Assembly (NCBI GenBank): GCA_041484665.1
Contig: JBGPIA010000018.1
Location: 32,545-96,544, forward strand
Source of the DNA: Candidatus Krumholzibacteriia bacterium
GTDB lineage: Bacteria > Krumholzibacteriota > Krumholzibacteriia > JAJRXK01
Reading direction: 5' to 3'
DNA length: 64,000 nucleotides
Shown piece after piece: positions 47,403-57,866 of the stretch. Below the pieces are notes generated by a model, which had not been told where the DNA came from, did not search any database, and saw nothing but the letters and a program-made list of their open reading frames with translations. Each line of letters starts with the position of its first letter. Within the stretch, counting starts at the first letter, position 1. Made by a program: the position numbers and the translations under genes.

Positions 47403-49637
47403 TCAAGGCATGAGCACGGCCTTGTAGAGGATGATGAGGAGCACGAGCCCCGAGATGACTCCCAGGAAGTAGGTCTGGATGCGCCCGGTCTGCGCCTGGC
47501 GCGCCAAGGAGCCGAACTGCCGGATCAGCTCGCCGGTCCCGTTCACCAGCCCGTCGACGAAGTAGCGGTCGTACATCCCAAAGAGCCACGAGATGCCCCG
47601 CGTGGCGTAGCCTGCCCCGTTCACCAGCCCATCGATCACGTGCTTGTCGAAGGCAGCCAGGGCGGCGTTCCACAGGAACAGTCCCCGCCCGACCACGACC
47701 CCGTAGAACTCGTCGAAGTAGTACTTGCGGTTCAGGAGCTGGTAGACGCGCGGCAGCGCGGCCTGAGCGCCCGCGCTGGAGATCGACCGGCGCAGATAGG
47801 TCAACGTCGACAGCAGGATCCCCGTACCCGCCACCAGCAGCGAGAGCAGCATCGCGCGGCGGTGCGCGGTGTGGCGGATGTGCGCGGCGTGCGCGGCGTG
47901 CTCGGCGGCATCAGCGGTGGCGGCGCCCGCGGCCGGCGCGGCCTCACCCATCATCGTGTGGCCCTCATGGCCCGCGTGCTCGGAGCCCGTCGCTGGCGCC
48001 GCTGAGGTTGGCGCGCCGGATGTCGCGTCCGTCGCCAGCGCTGGAGCCGGCGACGGCGATGCGGGCATCTCGTGCATCCCGCCCATTCCGCTCGTCCCGC
48101 CCATTCCGCTCATCCCATGCATCCCGCCCATCGCGCCCATGCTGTGCGCCGCGTGGTCGATCACCACGGGCCCGGGCTTGGCGACGAAGCGGCCGAACCA
48201 GCCGCCCCAGCCCGCGCAGACCGAAAGCATGGCCAGCACGATCAGCGGCCCGGTGATGGCCCACGAGCCCTCGTGGGCGTGCTCGTACTTGTGCTGGTCG
48301 CGCGGCTTCCCCGCGAACGTCAGGTAGACCATCCGGAACATGTAGAATGCCGTGAGCGCCGCGGCGAGCAGCGCCAGCACGAACGGCAGGAAGTGTTGCG
48401 GCTTCTCCATGGCGAACGCCAGCGCGTCGCCCAGGATGGCATCCTTGGAGAAAAAGCCCGCGAACGGCGGCACACCGGCGATCGCCAGTGTGCCGAGCGT
48501 GAACGTGATGAAGGTGATCGGCAGCTTGCGCCGCAGGCCACCCATCTCGGGCATCTCCTGCGTGTGTACGGCGTGGATCACGGAGCCCGAGCCTAGGAAC
48601 AGCAGCGCCTTGAACGCGGCGTGGGTCGTGAGGTGGAACATGCCAGAGACGACGCCGCCCACACCCACGGCCATCACCATGTAGCCCAGCTGGCTGATCG
48701 TGGAATAGGCCAGCCCCTTCTTGATGTCGGTGGCCACCAGGGCGATGGTGGCGGCGAAGAACGCGGTGATGGCCCCCACGTAGGCGATCACCAGCAGCGC
48801 CGTGGGGGAGAACAGCGGAAACAGCCGCGCCGTCATGTAGACGCCGGCGGCCACCATGGTCGCGGCGTGGATCAGGGCCGAGACCGGCGTGGGGCCCTCC
48901 ATGGCGTCGGGCAGCCACACGTGCAGCGGCACCTGGGCGCTCTTGCCGACGCACCCCATGAACAACAGCACCCCGGCGATGGTGAGCGTCTTGCCGGCGA
49001 GCATCCCGGAGGCAACGCCGGTGAAGAGATCCAGGTAGCGGAAGCTCCCCACCGCGGTGAAGAAGAACAGGATCCCCAACCAGAAGCCGAAGTCGCCCAC
49101 GCGGTTGGTCAAGAAGGCCTTCTTGTTGGCGGCCGCGGCGCTGGGCTTGTGGAACCAGAAGCCGATGAGCAGGTAGCTGGCCAGCCCCACCAGCTCCCAG
49201 AACACGTACAGGAAGAACAGGCTGTTGCTCAGCACGATTCCCAGCATGGAGAACGTGAACCAGCCCAGGAAGGCGAAGTAACGGGAGTAACGCCGGTCGC
49301 CGTGCATGTAGCTGGTGCTGAACACGTGCACCAGGAAGCTGACCAGGGTCACCACCACGAGCATCACCGCCGTCATGCCGTCGATGAGGATGCCGGCGTC
49401 GATGTGGAGGCGGTCGATGGAGAGCCAGGTCCAGCCCTGCTCGATGCGGTAGGTCGGATCGTGCCGGCCCCAGAAGTGGCCGAAGATCACGAGCGCCAGG
49501 AGCAGGCAGACGCCCAGCGCCCCCACGCCCACCCAGTCGCCGCGCCGCGGCAACCGCTCCCCGAAGAAGAACAGCACCACGAAGCTGAGCAGCGGCAAGA
49601 GCAGGATGACCAGCGCTGTCGAGATGATGGGGTCCAT
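47403..49637 (-). CDS. nuoL: NADH-quinone oxidoreductase subunit L
   Basis: GKSAQVPLHVWLPDAMEGPTPVSALIHAATMV, THAAFKALLFL, QTGRIQTY. Confidence 0.95.
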   Translation of the reverse strand: MDPIISTALVILLLPLLSFVVLFFFGERLPRRGDWVGVGALGVCLLLALVIFGHFWGRHDPTYRIEQGWTWLSIDRLHIDAGILIDGMTAVMLVVVTLVSFLVHVFSTSYMHGDRRYSRYFAFLGWFTFSMLGIVLSNSLFFLYVFWELVGLASYLLIGFWFHKPSAAAANKKAFLTNRVGDFGFWLGILFFFTAVGSFRYLDLFTGVASGMLAGKTLTIAGVLLFMGCVGKSAQVPLHVWLPDAMEGPTPVSALIHAATMVAAGVYMTARLFPLFSPTALLVIAYVGAITAFFAATIALVATDIKKGLAYSTISQLGYMVMAVGVGGVVSGMFHLTTHAAFKALLFLGSGSVIHAVHTQEMPEMGGLRRKLPITFITFTLGTLAIAGVPPFAGFFSKDAILGDALAFAMEKPQHFLPFVLALLAAALTAFYMFRMVYLTFAGKPRDQHKYEHAHEGSWAITGPLIVLAMLSVCAGWGGWFGRFVAKPGPVVIDHAAHSMGAMGGMHGMSGMGGTSGMGGMHEMPASPSPAPALATDATSGAPTSAAPATGSEHAGHEGHTMMGEAAPAAGAATADAAEHAAHAAHIRHTAHRRAMLLSLLVAGTGILLSTLTYLRRSISSAGAQAALPRVYQLLNRKYYFDEFYGVVVGRGLFLWNAALAAFDKHVIDGLVNGAGYATRGISWLFGMYDRYFVDGLVNGTGELIRQFGSLARQAQTGRIQTYFLGVISGLVLLIILYKAVLMP

Positions 49638-49651
49638 GGTCTCCTGCTTCC

Positions 49652-49963
49652 CTACTTGCGCAGGCGGTCTACCTGGTTGACGTGCACCGTCTGGAAGTTG
49701 CGGAAGATCGCCAGCACGATGGCCAGGGCCACGGCCGCTTCGGCGGCCGCGACCACCACCACGAACACCGCCACCAGCTGGCCCACGATGCCGGTGGTGA
49801 CGTACCGGCTGAACGCCACGAAGCTGAGCGCGGCCGCGTTGAGGATGAGCTCGACGCCCATCAGGATGACGACGGCGTTGCGGCGGCTGATCACGGTGAA
49901 CACGCCTGCCGACAGCAGCAGCGCCGCCAGGGTCAGATAGTGCCGCAGGCCGATCTCGAGCAT
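49652..49963 (-). CDS. nuoK: NADH-quinone oxidoreductase subunit K
   Basis: RRNAVVILMGVELILNAA and AAAEAAVALAI. Confidence 0.95.
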   Translation of the reverse strand: MLEIGLRHYLTLAALLLSAGVFTVISRRNAVVILMGVELILNAAALSFVAFSRYVTTGIVGQLVAVFVVVVAAAEAAVALAIVLAIFRNFQTVHVNQVDRLRK

Positions 49964-49967
49964 GGCG

Positions 49968-50603
49968 CTACGCCCCTCCCTGCGCTTGGCCGGACGCACC
50001 GCCCGGCAAGCCTGTAGCGGGACCGCCCGGCAAGCCTGCAGCGGAGCCACCCGGCAAGCCTGCAGCGGGACCGCCCGGCACCTCTGCAGCAGAGTCGCCC
50101 GGCGAGGCCTCGCGCGGCTTGCGGTCGCGGATGATCATGGCCGCTCCCATCATCGCCACCAGCAACAGCACCGAGGCGAACTCGAAGGGGAATAGGAAGG
50201 TGGTGAGGAACTCGCGGCCGATCTGCGCCGTGGTGGGGGCAGGTTCGTGCCCGGCAGCCAGCGGCCAGGCCGTGCGGTGGACGACTAGCAGGATGAGGGC
50301 GAGCACCAGCAGGGCGGTGCCCAGGGCGGCGAAGGGCTGGATCAGCTCCTCGCGCAGCCGCACTGCCTGGACCTTGTGGGTCATCATGACCGCGAACAGC
50401 ACGAGCACCAGGATGCCGCCCACGTAGACGATCATCTGAGTGGCGGCCAGGAAATCCGCGCCCAGGAACGCGTACATGGCGCCGACGCCCAGCAGGGTGA
50501 AGAGCAGGGCGAAGCCACAGTGCACGACGTTCTTGTTGGCGGCGACCACGACGGCCGAGGCGCCGGCCATGACGGCGAACAGATACCAGATCATGCCCCC
50601 CAT
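49968..50603 (-). CDS. nuoJ: NADH-quinone oxidoreductase subunit J
   Basis: GADFLAATQMIVYVGGILVLVLFAVM and PFEFASVLLLVAM; repeat-extended C-terminus. Confidence 0.93.
   Translation of the reverse strand: MGGMIWYLFAVMAGASAVVVAANKNVVHCGFALLFTLLGVGAMYAFLGADFLAATQMIVYVGGILVLVLFAVMMTHKVQAVRLREELIQPFAALGTALLVLALILLVVHRTAWPLAAGHEPAPTTAQIGREFLTTFLFPFEFASVLLLVAMMGAAMIIRDRKPREASPGDSAAEVPGGPAAGLPGGSAAGLPGGPATGLPGGASGQAQGGA
49998..50090. repeat. 24-bp tandem repeat, about 4 copies, in the nuoJ tail
   Basis: ACCGCCCGGCAAGCCTG(T/C)AGCGGG units encoding PAAGLPGG-like repeats. Confidence 0.85.
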
Positions 50604-51058
50604 CACGCCTCCTCCCCTTCGGCAGCCTTGCCCTTCTTGGGCTCCCTGTACGGCACCACGGGCTCGTCGACGAACTCGTAGACCAGCTTCTCGCGGAAGT
50701 AGAGGGCGTGGTCGTAGTCGTGGCTCATCGTGATGCAGTTGGTGGGGCAGGGCTCGGTGCACAACGAGCACCAGATGCACTTGTTGTAGTCGATGGCGAA
50801 CCGCGTCATCAGACGGTCCTTGCCCTTGCCCTCGGTCACGATGTAGATGCAGTCCACGGGGCAGACCTTGGCGCACAGCAGGCACGCCGTGCAGCGCGGC
50901 ACGTCGTTGTGCACGAAGCCGCGGTAGCGGTCGGGGAGCGCCCAGCGCTCCTGGGGGTACTGCTGCGTCACCGGGCGCTTGCCCAGGTACTTGAAGGTGA
51001 TCCTCATCCCCTTCATTACCGAGCGCACGGTGTCGAAGATCTCGTGCACGTGCTGCAC
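50603..51058 (-). CDS. nuoI: NADH-quinone oxidoreductase subunit I
   Basis: TQQYP, CTACLLCAKVCP and CIWCSLCTEPCP (two 4Fe-4S motifs). Confidence 0.93.
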   Translation of the reverse strand: MQHVHEIFDTVRSVMKGMRITFKYLGKRPVTQQYPQERWALPDRYRGFVHNDVPRCTACLLCAKVCPVDCIYIVTEGKGKDRLMTRFAIDYNKCIWCSLCTEPCPTNCITMSHDYDHALYFREKLVYEFVDEPVVPYREPKKGKAAEGEEA

Positions 51059-51150
51059 GCTACCTGCCTCGCCGCACGCGCCCCCGAGTGCCGGCGGCCG
51101 CGCCGGGGGCGATTGGGTAGATTGCCGCGCCGCTGTGGTGCATCGGCCGC

Positions 51151-52197
51151 TCAGATCACGCTTCGAATCAAGCCGTAGAGGAGCAGATTGCCCAACGCAA
51201 TCGGGATGAAGATCTTCCAGCACAGGTGCATTAGTTGGTCGACGCGCAGACGCGGCAGCGTCCAGCGCAGCCACATCATGATGAACACCAGCGCCACGGC
51301 CTTCACGGTGAAAATGACCGGGGCGGGCACGAAGTGGTCGACCCGCGGGATCCCCGTCCACCAGCCGCCCAGGAAGACTGCCGTGGCGATCGTCGCGACC
51401 AGGAACATGTCGGCGTACTCGCCCAGCATCATGAACGCGAACTTCATTCCCGTGTACTCGGTGTGGTAGCCCGCCACCAGCTCCGACTCCGATTCGGGCA
51501 GGTCGAAGGGGATGCGGTTCACCTCGGCCATCGCGCTCACGAAGTACAGCACGAAGCTGATGGCGAACAGTGGGTTGAACACGTTCCAGTTCCACAGGAA
51601 GCCGGCCTGGCGCTGGACGATGCTGCCCATGTTGAGCGTGCCCGCGCCCATGATCACCGGCAGCACGGCCAGCCCCAGCGGGATCTCGTAGCTGATCACC
51701 TGGGCCGCGCCGCGCATGGCGCCGTACAGGGACCATTTGTTGTTGCTGCCCCAGCCGGCCATGATGATGCCCATCACCACGAGGCTGCTGGTGGCAAAGG
51801 CGTAGAACAGCCCCATGTCGAGCTTGGCGCCGACGAAGCTGGGTCCCCAGGGGATCACGGCGTAGCCCATGAAGGCGCCCGTGAACACCGCGATGGGCGC
51901 CGCCCGCCACAACAGCTTGTCGGCCGCCGCCGGCGCGATGTCCTCCTTGAGCAGGAACTTGATCCCGTCGGCCAGCGGTTGGAGGATCCCGTGCCAGCCG
52001 CCGACGTACATGGGGCCGTAGCGCGACTGCATGAAGCCGGCGACCTTGCGCTCGGCCAGGCTGAAGACCATGACCGCCAGCGCCACGATCACGAGCACCA
52101 CCGCGCCGTAGACCCCCATGGCCAGTCCGGCCTGGGCCGAATACGGCAGCCCGCCCAGGAGCGGCAGCGTGGAGAAGTGCGCCAGCAGCCAGTCCAA
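51151..52197 (-). CDS. nuoH: NADH-quinone oxidoreductase subunit H
   Basis: ERKVAGFMQSRYGP, QPLADGIK, AQVISYE, PFDLPESESELVAG, WTLPRLRVDQL. TTG start inferred. Confidence 0.93.
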   Translation of the reverse strand: MDWLLAHFSTLPLLGGLPYSAQAGLAMGVYGAVVLVIVALAVMVFSLAERKVAGFMQSRYGPMYVGGWHGILQPLADGIKFLLKEDIAPAAADKLLWRAAPIAVFTGAFMGYAVIPWGPSFVGAKLDMGLFYAFATSSLVVMGIIMAGWGSNNKWSLYGAMRGAAQVISYEIPLGLAVLPVIMGAGTLNMGSIVQRQAGFLWNWNVFNPLFAISFVLYFVSAMAEVNRIPFDLPESESELVAGYHTEYTGMKFAFMMLGEYADMFLVATIATAVFLGGWWTGIPRVDHFVPAPVIFTVKAVALVFIMMWLRWTLPRLRVDQLMHLCWKIFIPIALGNLLLYGLIRSVI

Positions 52198-52208
52198 GGG
52201 CGGCGCTC

Positions 52209-53417
52209 CTAGCGGTCGATCTCGCCCAGCACGAGGTCCAGCGACCCGACCGTGGCCACCAGGTCGCTGATCATCAGCCCCGGCGCGACCCGCTCGAGCA
52301 CGTGCAGGTTGTGGAAGGCGGGGCTGCGCGTCTTGCAGCGGAACGGCACTGCGCCGCCGTCGCTGATGATGTAGAAGCCGAGCTCGCCCTTGGGATTCTC
52401 GGCACGGAAGTAGAGCTCCCCCACCGGCGCCTTGAGATTCTTGGGCAAGGCTGCCATGACCTCGCCGCGCGCAGGCAATTTGTCCACGGCCTGCACGATG
52501 ATGCGCCAGGACTGCTCCATCTCCCTCATGCGGACCATGTAACGGTCCCAGCAGTCCCCCAGAGTCCCTTTCTCGCCCCGGCCCAAGCACACCTTCCAGT
52601 CGAAGCGGTCGTAGATCGAGTAGGGCTCGTGGCGGCGCACGTCCCAGTCCACCCCGGCAGCGCGCAGCACCGGGCCGGTGCATCCGAACGCCAGCGCCGT
52701 CTGGGCGTCGATCACGCCCACGTTGGCTGCGCGCTCGATGAAGATCGTGTTCTCCGACAAGAGCGTGTTGTACTCGTCGAGCTTGCGCTCGAACATCGCG
52801 CAGAACCGCTTGATGTCCTCCAGCGCCTCGTCGGGGATGTCCCACTTCACGCCGCCGACGTCGTAGTAGCTGTACATCAGCCGCGCGCCGCACACCTGCT
52901 CGAAGATATTGAGGATGACCTCGCGCTCGCGCAGGGCGTGGAAGAACGGAGTCATCGCGCCGAGGTCCAGTCCGTAGGTCCCGAACGCGATCAGGTGGCT
53001 GGCGATGCGGTTGAGCTCGCCGATGATCACGCGCACGTATTCGGCATATTCGGGGATCTCCACCTTCATACCGCCCGCGCGCAGCAGTGCCTCCACCGCC
53101 AAGCAGTACGTCCAGTTGCAGTTCATCGCTGCGAGGTAGTCCATGCGGTCGGTGTAGATCACGTACTGGTGGTAGGTGTTGCCCTCGGCGATCTTCTCGG
53201 CGCAGCGGTGCAGGTAGCCGATGTAGGGGATGGCGCTGCTGACGATCTCGCCGTCGGTGGTGATGAACAGGCGCAGCACGCCGTGGGTGGACGGGTGCTG
53301 CGGCCCCATGTTGATGTGCAGAAGCTCGCTCTTGAGCGTGCGCGCGATGTCGTCGTCGCGCTCCAGCCCCACGCCGGAGCCGGCGCGGGGAGGCGCCGGG
53401 GTCTGCCGCTGGATCAT
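52209..53417 (-). CDS. nuoD: NADH-quinone oxidoreductase subunit D
   Basis: NMGPQHPSTHGVLRL, GYLHR, DRMDY, ENPKGE, GSLDLVLGEIDR. Confidence 0.96.
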   Translation of the reverse strand: MIQRQTPAPPRAGSGVGLERDDDIARTLKSELLHINMGPQHPSTHGVLRLFITTDGEIVSSAIPYIGYLHRCAEKIAEGNTYHQYVIYTDRMDYLAAMNCNWTYCLAVEALLRAGGMKVEIPEYAEYVRVIIGELNRIASHLIAFGTYGLDLGAMTPFFHALREREVILNIFEQVCGARLMYSYYDVGGVKWDIPDEALEDIKRFCAMFERKLDEYNTLLSENTIFIERAANVGVIDAQTALAFGCTGPVLRAAGVDWDVRRHEPYSIYDRFDWKVCLGRGEKGTLGDCWDRYMVRMREMEQSWRIIVQAVDKLPARGEVMAALPKNLKAPVGELYFRAENPKGELGFYIISDGGAVPFRCKTRSPAFHNLHVLERVAPGLMISDLVATVGSLDLVLGEIDR

Positions 53418-54004
53418 CGCTTGAACCCTTCGCTATAGCCGAGTCCCTCCAGCGGAATGTCTCGGTAGCGGGAGGGCATCTGGTAGTCCTTGCGTAGGGG
53501 CCAGCCCTCCCAGTCCTCCGGCAGCAGGATGCGCCGCAAGTCCGGGTGCCCCAGGAACTCGATGCCGAACATGTCGTAGGTCTCGCGCTCGCCCCATAGC
53601 GCGGTGGGCCACACCGCCCCCACGGAGGCCACCTGGGGCTTGGCGCGCGGCACGCGCACCTTGAGCGCCAGCTTGTGGCGGTGCGCGAGCGACTCGAGGT
53701 GGTAGACGACGCCCAGGTCGGCGCTGGCCGTGAAGTCCACCGGACGGACCGTACCGTTCTCCTCGTACTGGTTGATCTCGCGGTGCTTGCCCTTACCGGC
53801 GGCGTCGTATCCCTCGTAGTCGACGCCGCTGATGCAGAGCGAGCGCTCGAACGCAAGGTCGTGCTCGTCGCGCAGGAAACGGGCAATCTCGTCCAGGCTC
53901 TGCGGGTCCACCAGGATCCATGGCTGGGCGATCCCGTCCTTGCTGTCCAGGATCGCGGCGCCGAATCGTTGCGCAAGTCGCTGATGGATCTGCTCGTGCG
54001 TCAT
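53414..54004 (-). CDS. nuoC: NADH-quinone oxidoreductase subunit C
   Basis: ISGVDY and ERETYDMFGIEFLGHPDLRRILLPEDWEGWPLRKDY. Confidence 0.95.
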   Translation of the reverse strand: MTHEQIHQRLAQRFGAAILDSKDGIAQPWILVDPQSLDEIARFLRDEHDLAFERSLCISGVDYEGYDAAGKGKHREINQYEENGTVRPVDFTASADLGVVYHLESLAHRHKLALKVRVPRAKPQVASVGAVWPTALWGERETYDMFGIEFLGHPDLRRILLPEDWEGWPLRKDYQMPSRYRDIPLEGLGYSEGFKR

Positions 54005-54076
54005 GGCGTTGTCCGCGTCAGGGCCTGGGGAGCGAGGCCGGCCGCCGGGCCGCCAGCCACTGCGTGACTTGGGAGA

Positions 54077-54689
<613 letters not shown>

Positions 54690-54706
<17 letters not shown>

Positions 54707-55169
54707 GCTCCGTGGCCTCCCTTCGCGTGGGCTGCACCGAGCCGGGCGAGCTGAGCCGCGACAGCGGCTGCAAGTCCGCCTCCTCGCGCACGGCCAGCTC
54801 CTTGACCCAGTCCAGGTCGCCCTTGGCCCACACGTAGGCCAGCCCCACGACCAGGATGACCACGAACACGGCCATCTCGACGAAGGCCAACGCGCCGATC
54901 GTCTGGCGCATCTCGTTGAACGCCACGGCCCAGGGGAGCATGAAGATGATCTCGACGTCGAACACGATGAAGAACAGCGCGATCAGGTAGAAGCGCACGT
55001 TGAACTGGATCCAGGTCGTCCCCTCGGCTTCCTCCCCGCACTCGTAGGTAGCCTCTTTGGCGGCGTACGGATGCTTGGGCCGCAGCAACCACGACACGGA
55101 GAGGCTGATGACAGCGAAGCCTACGGCCAGCGCCAGGAAGACGAACACCGTCGCGAACTGGAGATGCAC
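54690..55169 (-). CDS. nuoA: NADH-quinone oxidoreductase subunit A
   Basis: [30 protein letters not shown]. Confidence 0.95.
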
Positions 55170-55591
55170 GCGGAGCTCCTGGGGCGACCCGAGCGGACCG
55201 GCGCGAGGCGTCGCCGCCGTCCGGGAATCCTGCGGGAAGGGCTAGCTATAAGAACGACCCGTCCTAGGCCGTGTCAAGAAGCGTCCTGGGACGAGCCCCG
55301 CAGGGGGCGCCCGCCCGCGGTGGCCAGGTCTTGCGCACTCCATGGATCTATGGTTTGATAACTGTAGAAATGTAAAATCGATGGGCCCGGGCCCGGCCGT
55401 CGCTTCCGCTGCCGGATCGACGAGTTCCTTGCCTGGCCCAGCGTCCACGGACCGGCCCGGCGTCCGCGACCCAACCGCTGCGCCGGCTGCCCAACTGCTG
55501 CGTCGGCCGCCCACCCGCCGCGTTCGCGACCCGACCAAAGCGTCGGCCGCCGCGCTCGCCGCCCGGCCCCGCGCCTTGGAGGTCAGCCATC

Positions 55592-56176
55592 ATGGAGGCT
55601 TCCGCTCCGTCCATCCTGGCGCTCGCGACGACGTTCAAAGCCCTCGGCGACGAGAGTCGGCTGCAGATCGTGGGGCTGCTGGCCCGCCGGCCGCACTACG
55701 CCGAGGAGCTCGCCGATCTGTTGGAGCTGGCGCCACCCACCATCTCGCACCATCTGCGCGTCCTGGCGCACGCGGGCCTCGTGCGCCGGCGCAAGGACCC
55801 TCCCTACATCCGGTGCTCGCTCGATCTGGCGCGGGTGCGCTCCCTGGCCCAGGAGCTGGGCGATGTCCGGCTGCTGGCCGAGCGCCTCGAGTTACCGGGC
55901 GAGGAGAGCGCCTCGGCGCGCATCCTGCGCGAGTTGCTCGACGAGGATGGGCGCCTGAAGACTGTTCCGGTGCGCAAGCGCCCGCTGGCGGTGCTGTTGC
56001 GCTGGCTGGCACAGCGCTTCCAGTCCGGCCACATCTACCCCGAGCGGGAGGTCAACCGGATCCTGATGGAGGTCTACGACGACGTGCCCCTGCTACGGCA
56101 GCTGCTGCTCGAGCATGGCTGGATGCAGCGCGAAGGGGGAGTTTTCCGGCGCATCGAAGAGGTCGAAGCGCTGTGA
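55592..56176 (+). CDS. ArsR-family regulator with DUF2087-like C-domain
   Basis: FKALGDESRLQI...ELA..L.LAPPTISHHLRVL and YPEREVN.IL..YDD...LR..L. Confidence 0.88.
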   Translation: MEASAPSILALATTFKALGDESRLQIVGLLARRPHYAEELADLLELAPPTISHHLRVLAHAGLVRRRKDPPYIRCSLDLARVRSLAQELGDVRLLAERLELPGEESASARILRELLDEDGRLKTVPVRKRPLAVLLRWLAQRFQSGHIYPEREVNRILMEVYDDVPLLRQLLLEHGWMQREGGVFRRIEEVEAL

Positions 56177-56592
56177 TCCGGCTGTTGGCGGTGGGCAAGC
56201 TGCGCTCGACGGCGTTGCGCGCGGCGGCCGACGACTATGCCACTCGGATCGGCCGGTTCGCGAAGCTGCAGGTGCTGGAGGTCGACGACGACACACGCCA
56301 GGCCGAGGCGAAGGCGATCCTCGCGCGCCTGCAGGGCTCGCCCGTGATCGCCTGCGACCTGGGGGGTCGCGGCTGCGGGAGTGAGCAGTTTGCCGCGCTG
56401 CTCGGGCGCCAGGGCAGCCCGTGTTTCGTGATCGGGGGTCCGCAGGGGCTGGACGAGAGCGTGCGGCAGCGCGCCGACTCGCTGCTGCGCCTGAGCGACT
56501 TCACCCTGCCCCACGAGCTTGCGCGGGTGGTGCTGTTGGAGCAGATCTACCGGGCGCTGACCCTTCTCCACGGCCACCCGTACCACCGTTAG
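56173..56592 (+). CDS. rlmH: 23S rRNA (pseudouridine1915-N3)-methyltransferase
   Basis: IRLLAVGKL, FVIGGPQGL, LSDFTLPHELARVVLLEQIYRA, HPYHR. Confidence 0.93.
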   Translation: MIRLLAVGKLRSTALRAAADDYATRIGRFAKLQVLEVDDDTRQAEAKAILARLQGSPVIACDLGGRGCGSEQFAALLGRQGSPCFVIGGPQGLDESVRQRADSLLRLSDFTLPHELARVVLLEQIYRALTLLHGHPYHR

Positions 56593-56760
56593 GGGCGTTC
56601 CGGCCGTCGAGCTGGGTCGGGCCGCGGCCGGCGCGCGGAGCCCCTGCCCGGGACCGCTGTGAGGGGCATTCACCCGACGCCTTGCGGGCCGGCGGGCGGG
56701 GGCTACCCTTACCCCAACGCCGACCTGCCCGCAGCTGCTGTAGAGGCGCCCACCCACGCC

Positions 56761-57078
56761 ATGGACTGCCCGTACCGATATCACGTGCTGCCCTGCTCGG
56801 GCCCGCATTGCACGCCCGAGAAGGGGGAGGCGTTCAAGAGAGCGCTGAAGGATCTCCTGCCCGACCGCAAGGCTCTGGGGGTGCGGGTGAGCACCACCAG
56901 CTGCCAGGGGATGTGCGAGCGCGGCCCAAACGTGACCGTGTACCCCGAGGGGATCGCCTACCACCGGGTCACCCTCGAGGACCTGCCGCGGATCGTCGAC
57001 GAGCACTTGCGTCATGGCTGTCCGGTGCGCGAGATCGCCGATCGGACCCTGGACGAGCAGCTGCCCGAACTGGACTGA
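56761..57078 (+). CDS. Thioredoxin-like [2Fe-2S] ferredoxin
   Basis: HVLPCSGPHC...SCQGMCERGPNVTVYPEG..Y...IVDEHL. Confidence 0.88.
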   Translation: MDCPYRYHVLPCSGPHCTPEKGEAFKRALKDLLPDRKALGVRVSTTSCQGMCERGPNVTVYPEGIAYHRVTLEDLPRIVDEHLRHGCPVREIADRTLDEQLPELD

Positions 57079-57152
57079 CGCGCGGCTGACGGCGTCATCG
57101 ACCGGCGGGACCGACGGGCACGACCAGTCCGTGCGACCGGCAGGCGCTTCAC

Positions 57153-57296
57153 TTGTCCCCAATTCGTCCCCACGCGCACGCCGGATCGGGGGGCAAACAT
57201 GGGGAAAACCTGCGGGCGTTGACGGCCGAGGGTGCAACGTAACGCATTAAAGATCAATTACTTGAGTCGTTATCCCCAGATGGGGACTGTGGCAAC
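57153..57296. other. Cluster of DnaA-box-like 9-mers around an AT-rich patch
   Basis: TTGTCCCCA at 57153, TCGTCCCCA at 57164, TGGGGAAAA at 57200, TTATCCCCA at 57270, TGGGGACTG at 57281. Confidence 0.4.
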
Positions 57297-57314
57297 AGCA
57301 CCGTCGGTCGCGAA

Positions 57315-57623
57315 TCATCCGCCGGTCTTACCCATCTCGCGCAGCCGCTCGAACGTGAAGATCCCCGTATCGTGACCATCGGCCCAGCGGGGCTGGACCG
57401 CGTAGTGCCCGATGAACTCCCAGCCCGTCGGCTGGAAGCTGCGGTCGGTCAGCGCCGCGCGCTGATCGAGCACGTGCAGCCGGCCGGTCACGTCCACCTC
57501 CCCGGCACAGCGGGCGCAGGGGCAAGCGCGTCGCAGCTCCTGCAACGAGATGACGCTCTCCTCGCCGTCGTCCCAGCGGATGGCCAGGAAAGACCCAACC
57601 ACCTCGATTCGCTCTGGTCGCAC
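57315..57623 (-). CDS. DUF971 / GBBH-N-like small metal-binding protein
   Basis: [42 protein letters not shown]. Confidence 0.88.
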   Translation of the reverse strand: MRPERIEVVGSFLAIRWDDGEESVISLQELRRACPCARCAGEVDVTGRLHVLDQRAALTDRSFQPTGWEFIGHYAVQPRWADGHDTGIFTFERLREMGKTGG

Positions 57624-57866
57624 GCATCCTCCTTTGGACCGTTCCTTGCACGACGCGCCCGATTGGGCTCGCCCCCTGGCGGCGGCAGCGCGCGGGCCGG
57701 GCTGCCGGCCGCCGTGCAGCTGGGTCCGGGCGCGACGTTCGCCGCCGGGAGCAGGGTCCGCACGCGACCTCCGCCGCTGCCCGTGCAGGGCGCAGGACGA
57801 AGTAAGCGTATTTTGCACGAATCGCAGGGCCAGATCTCGCCTGCATCGTCCCGGCAGGCTCTTGCG

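Noticed and set aside
55245..55277. Sigma70 promoter for the nuo operon
   Set aside because: TTGACA is present (55272-55277, minus strand) but there is no convincing -10 at 16-18 bp spacing.
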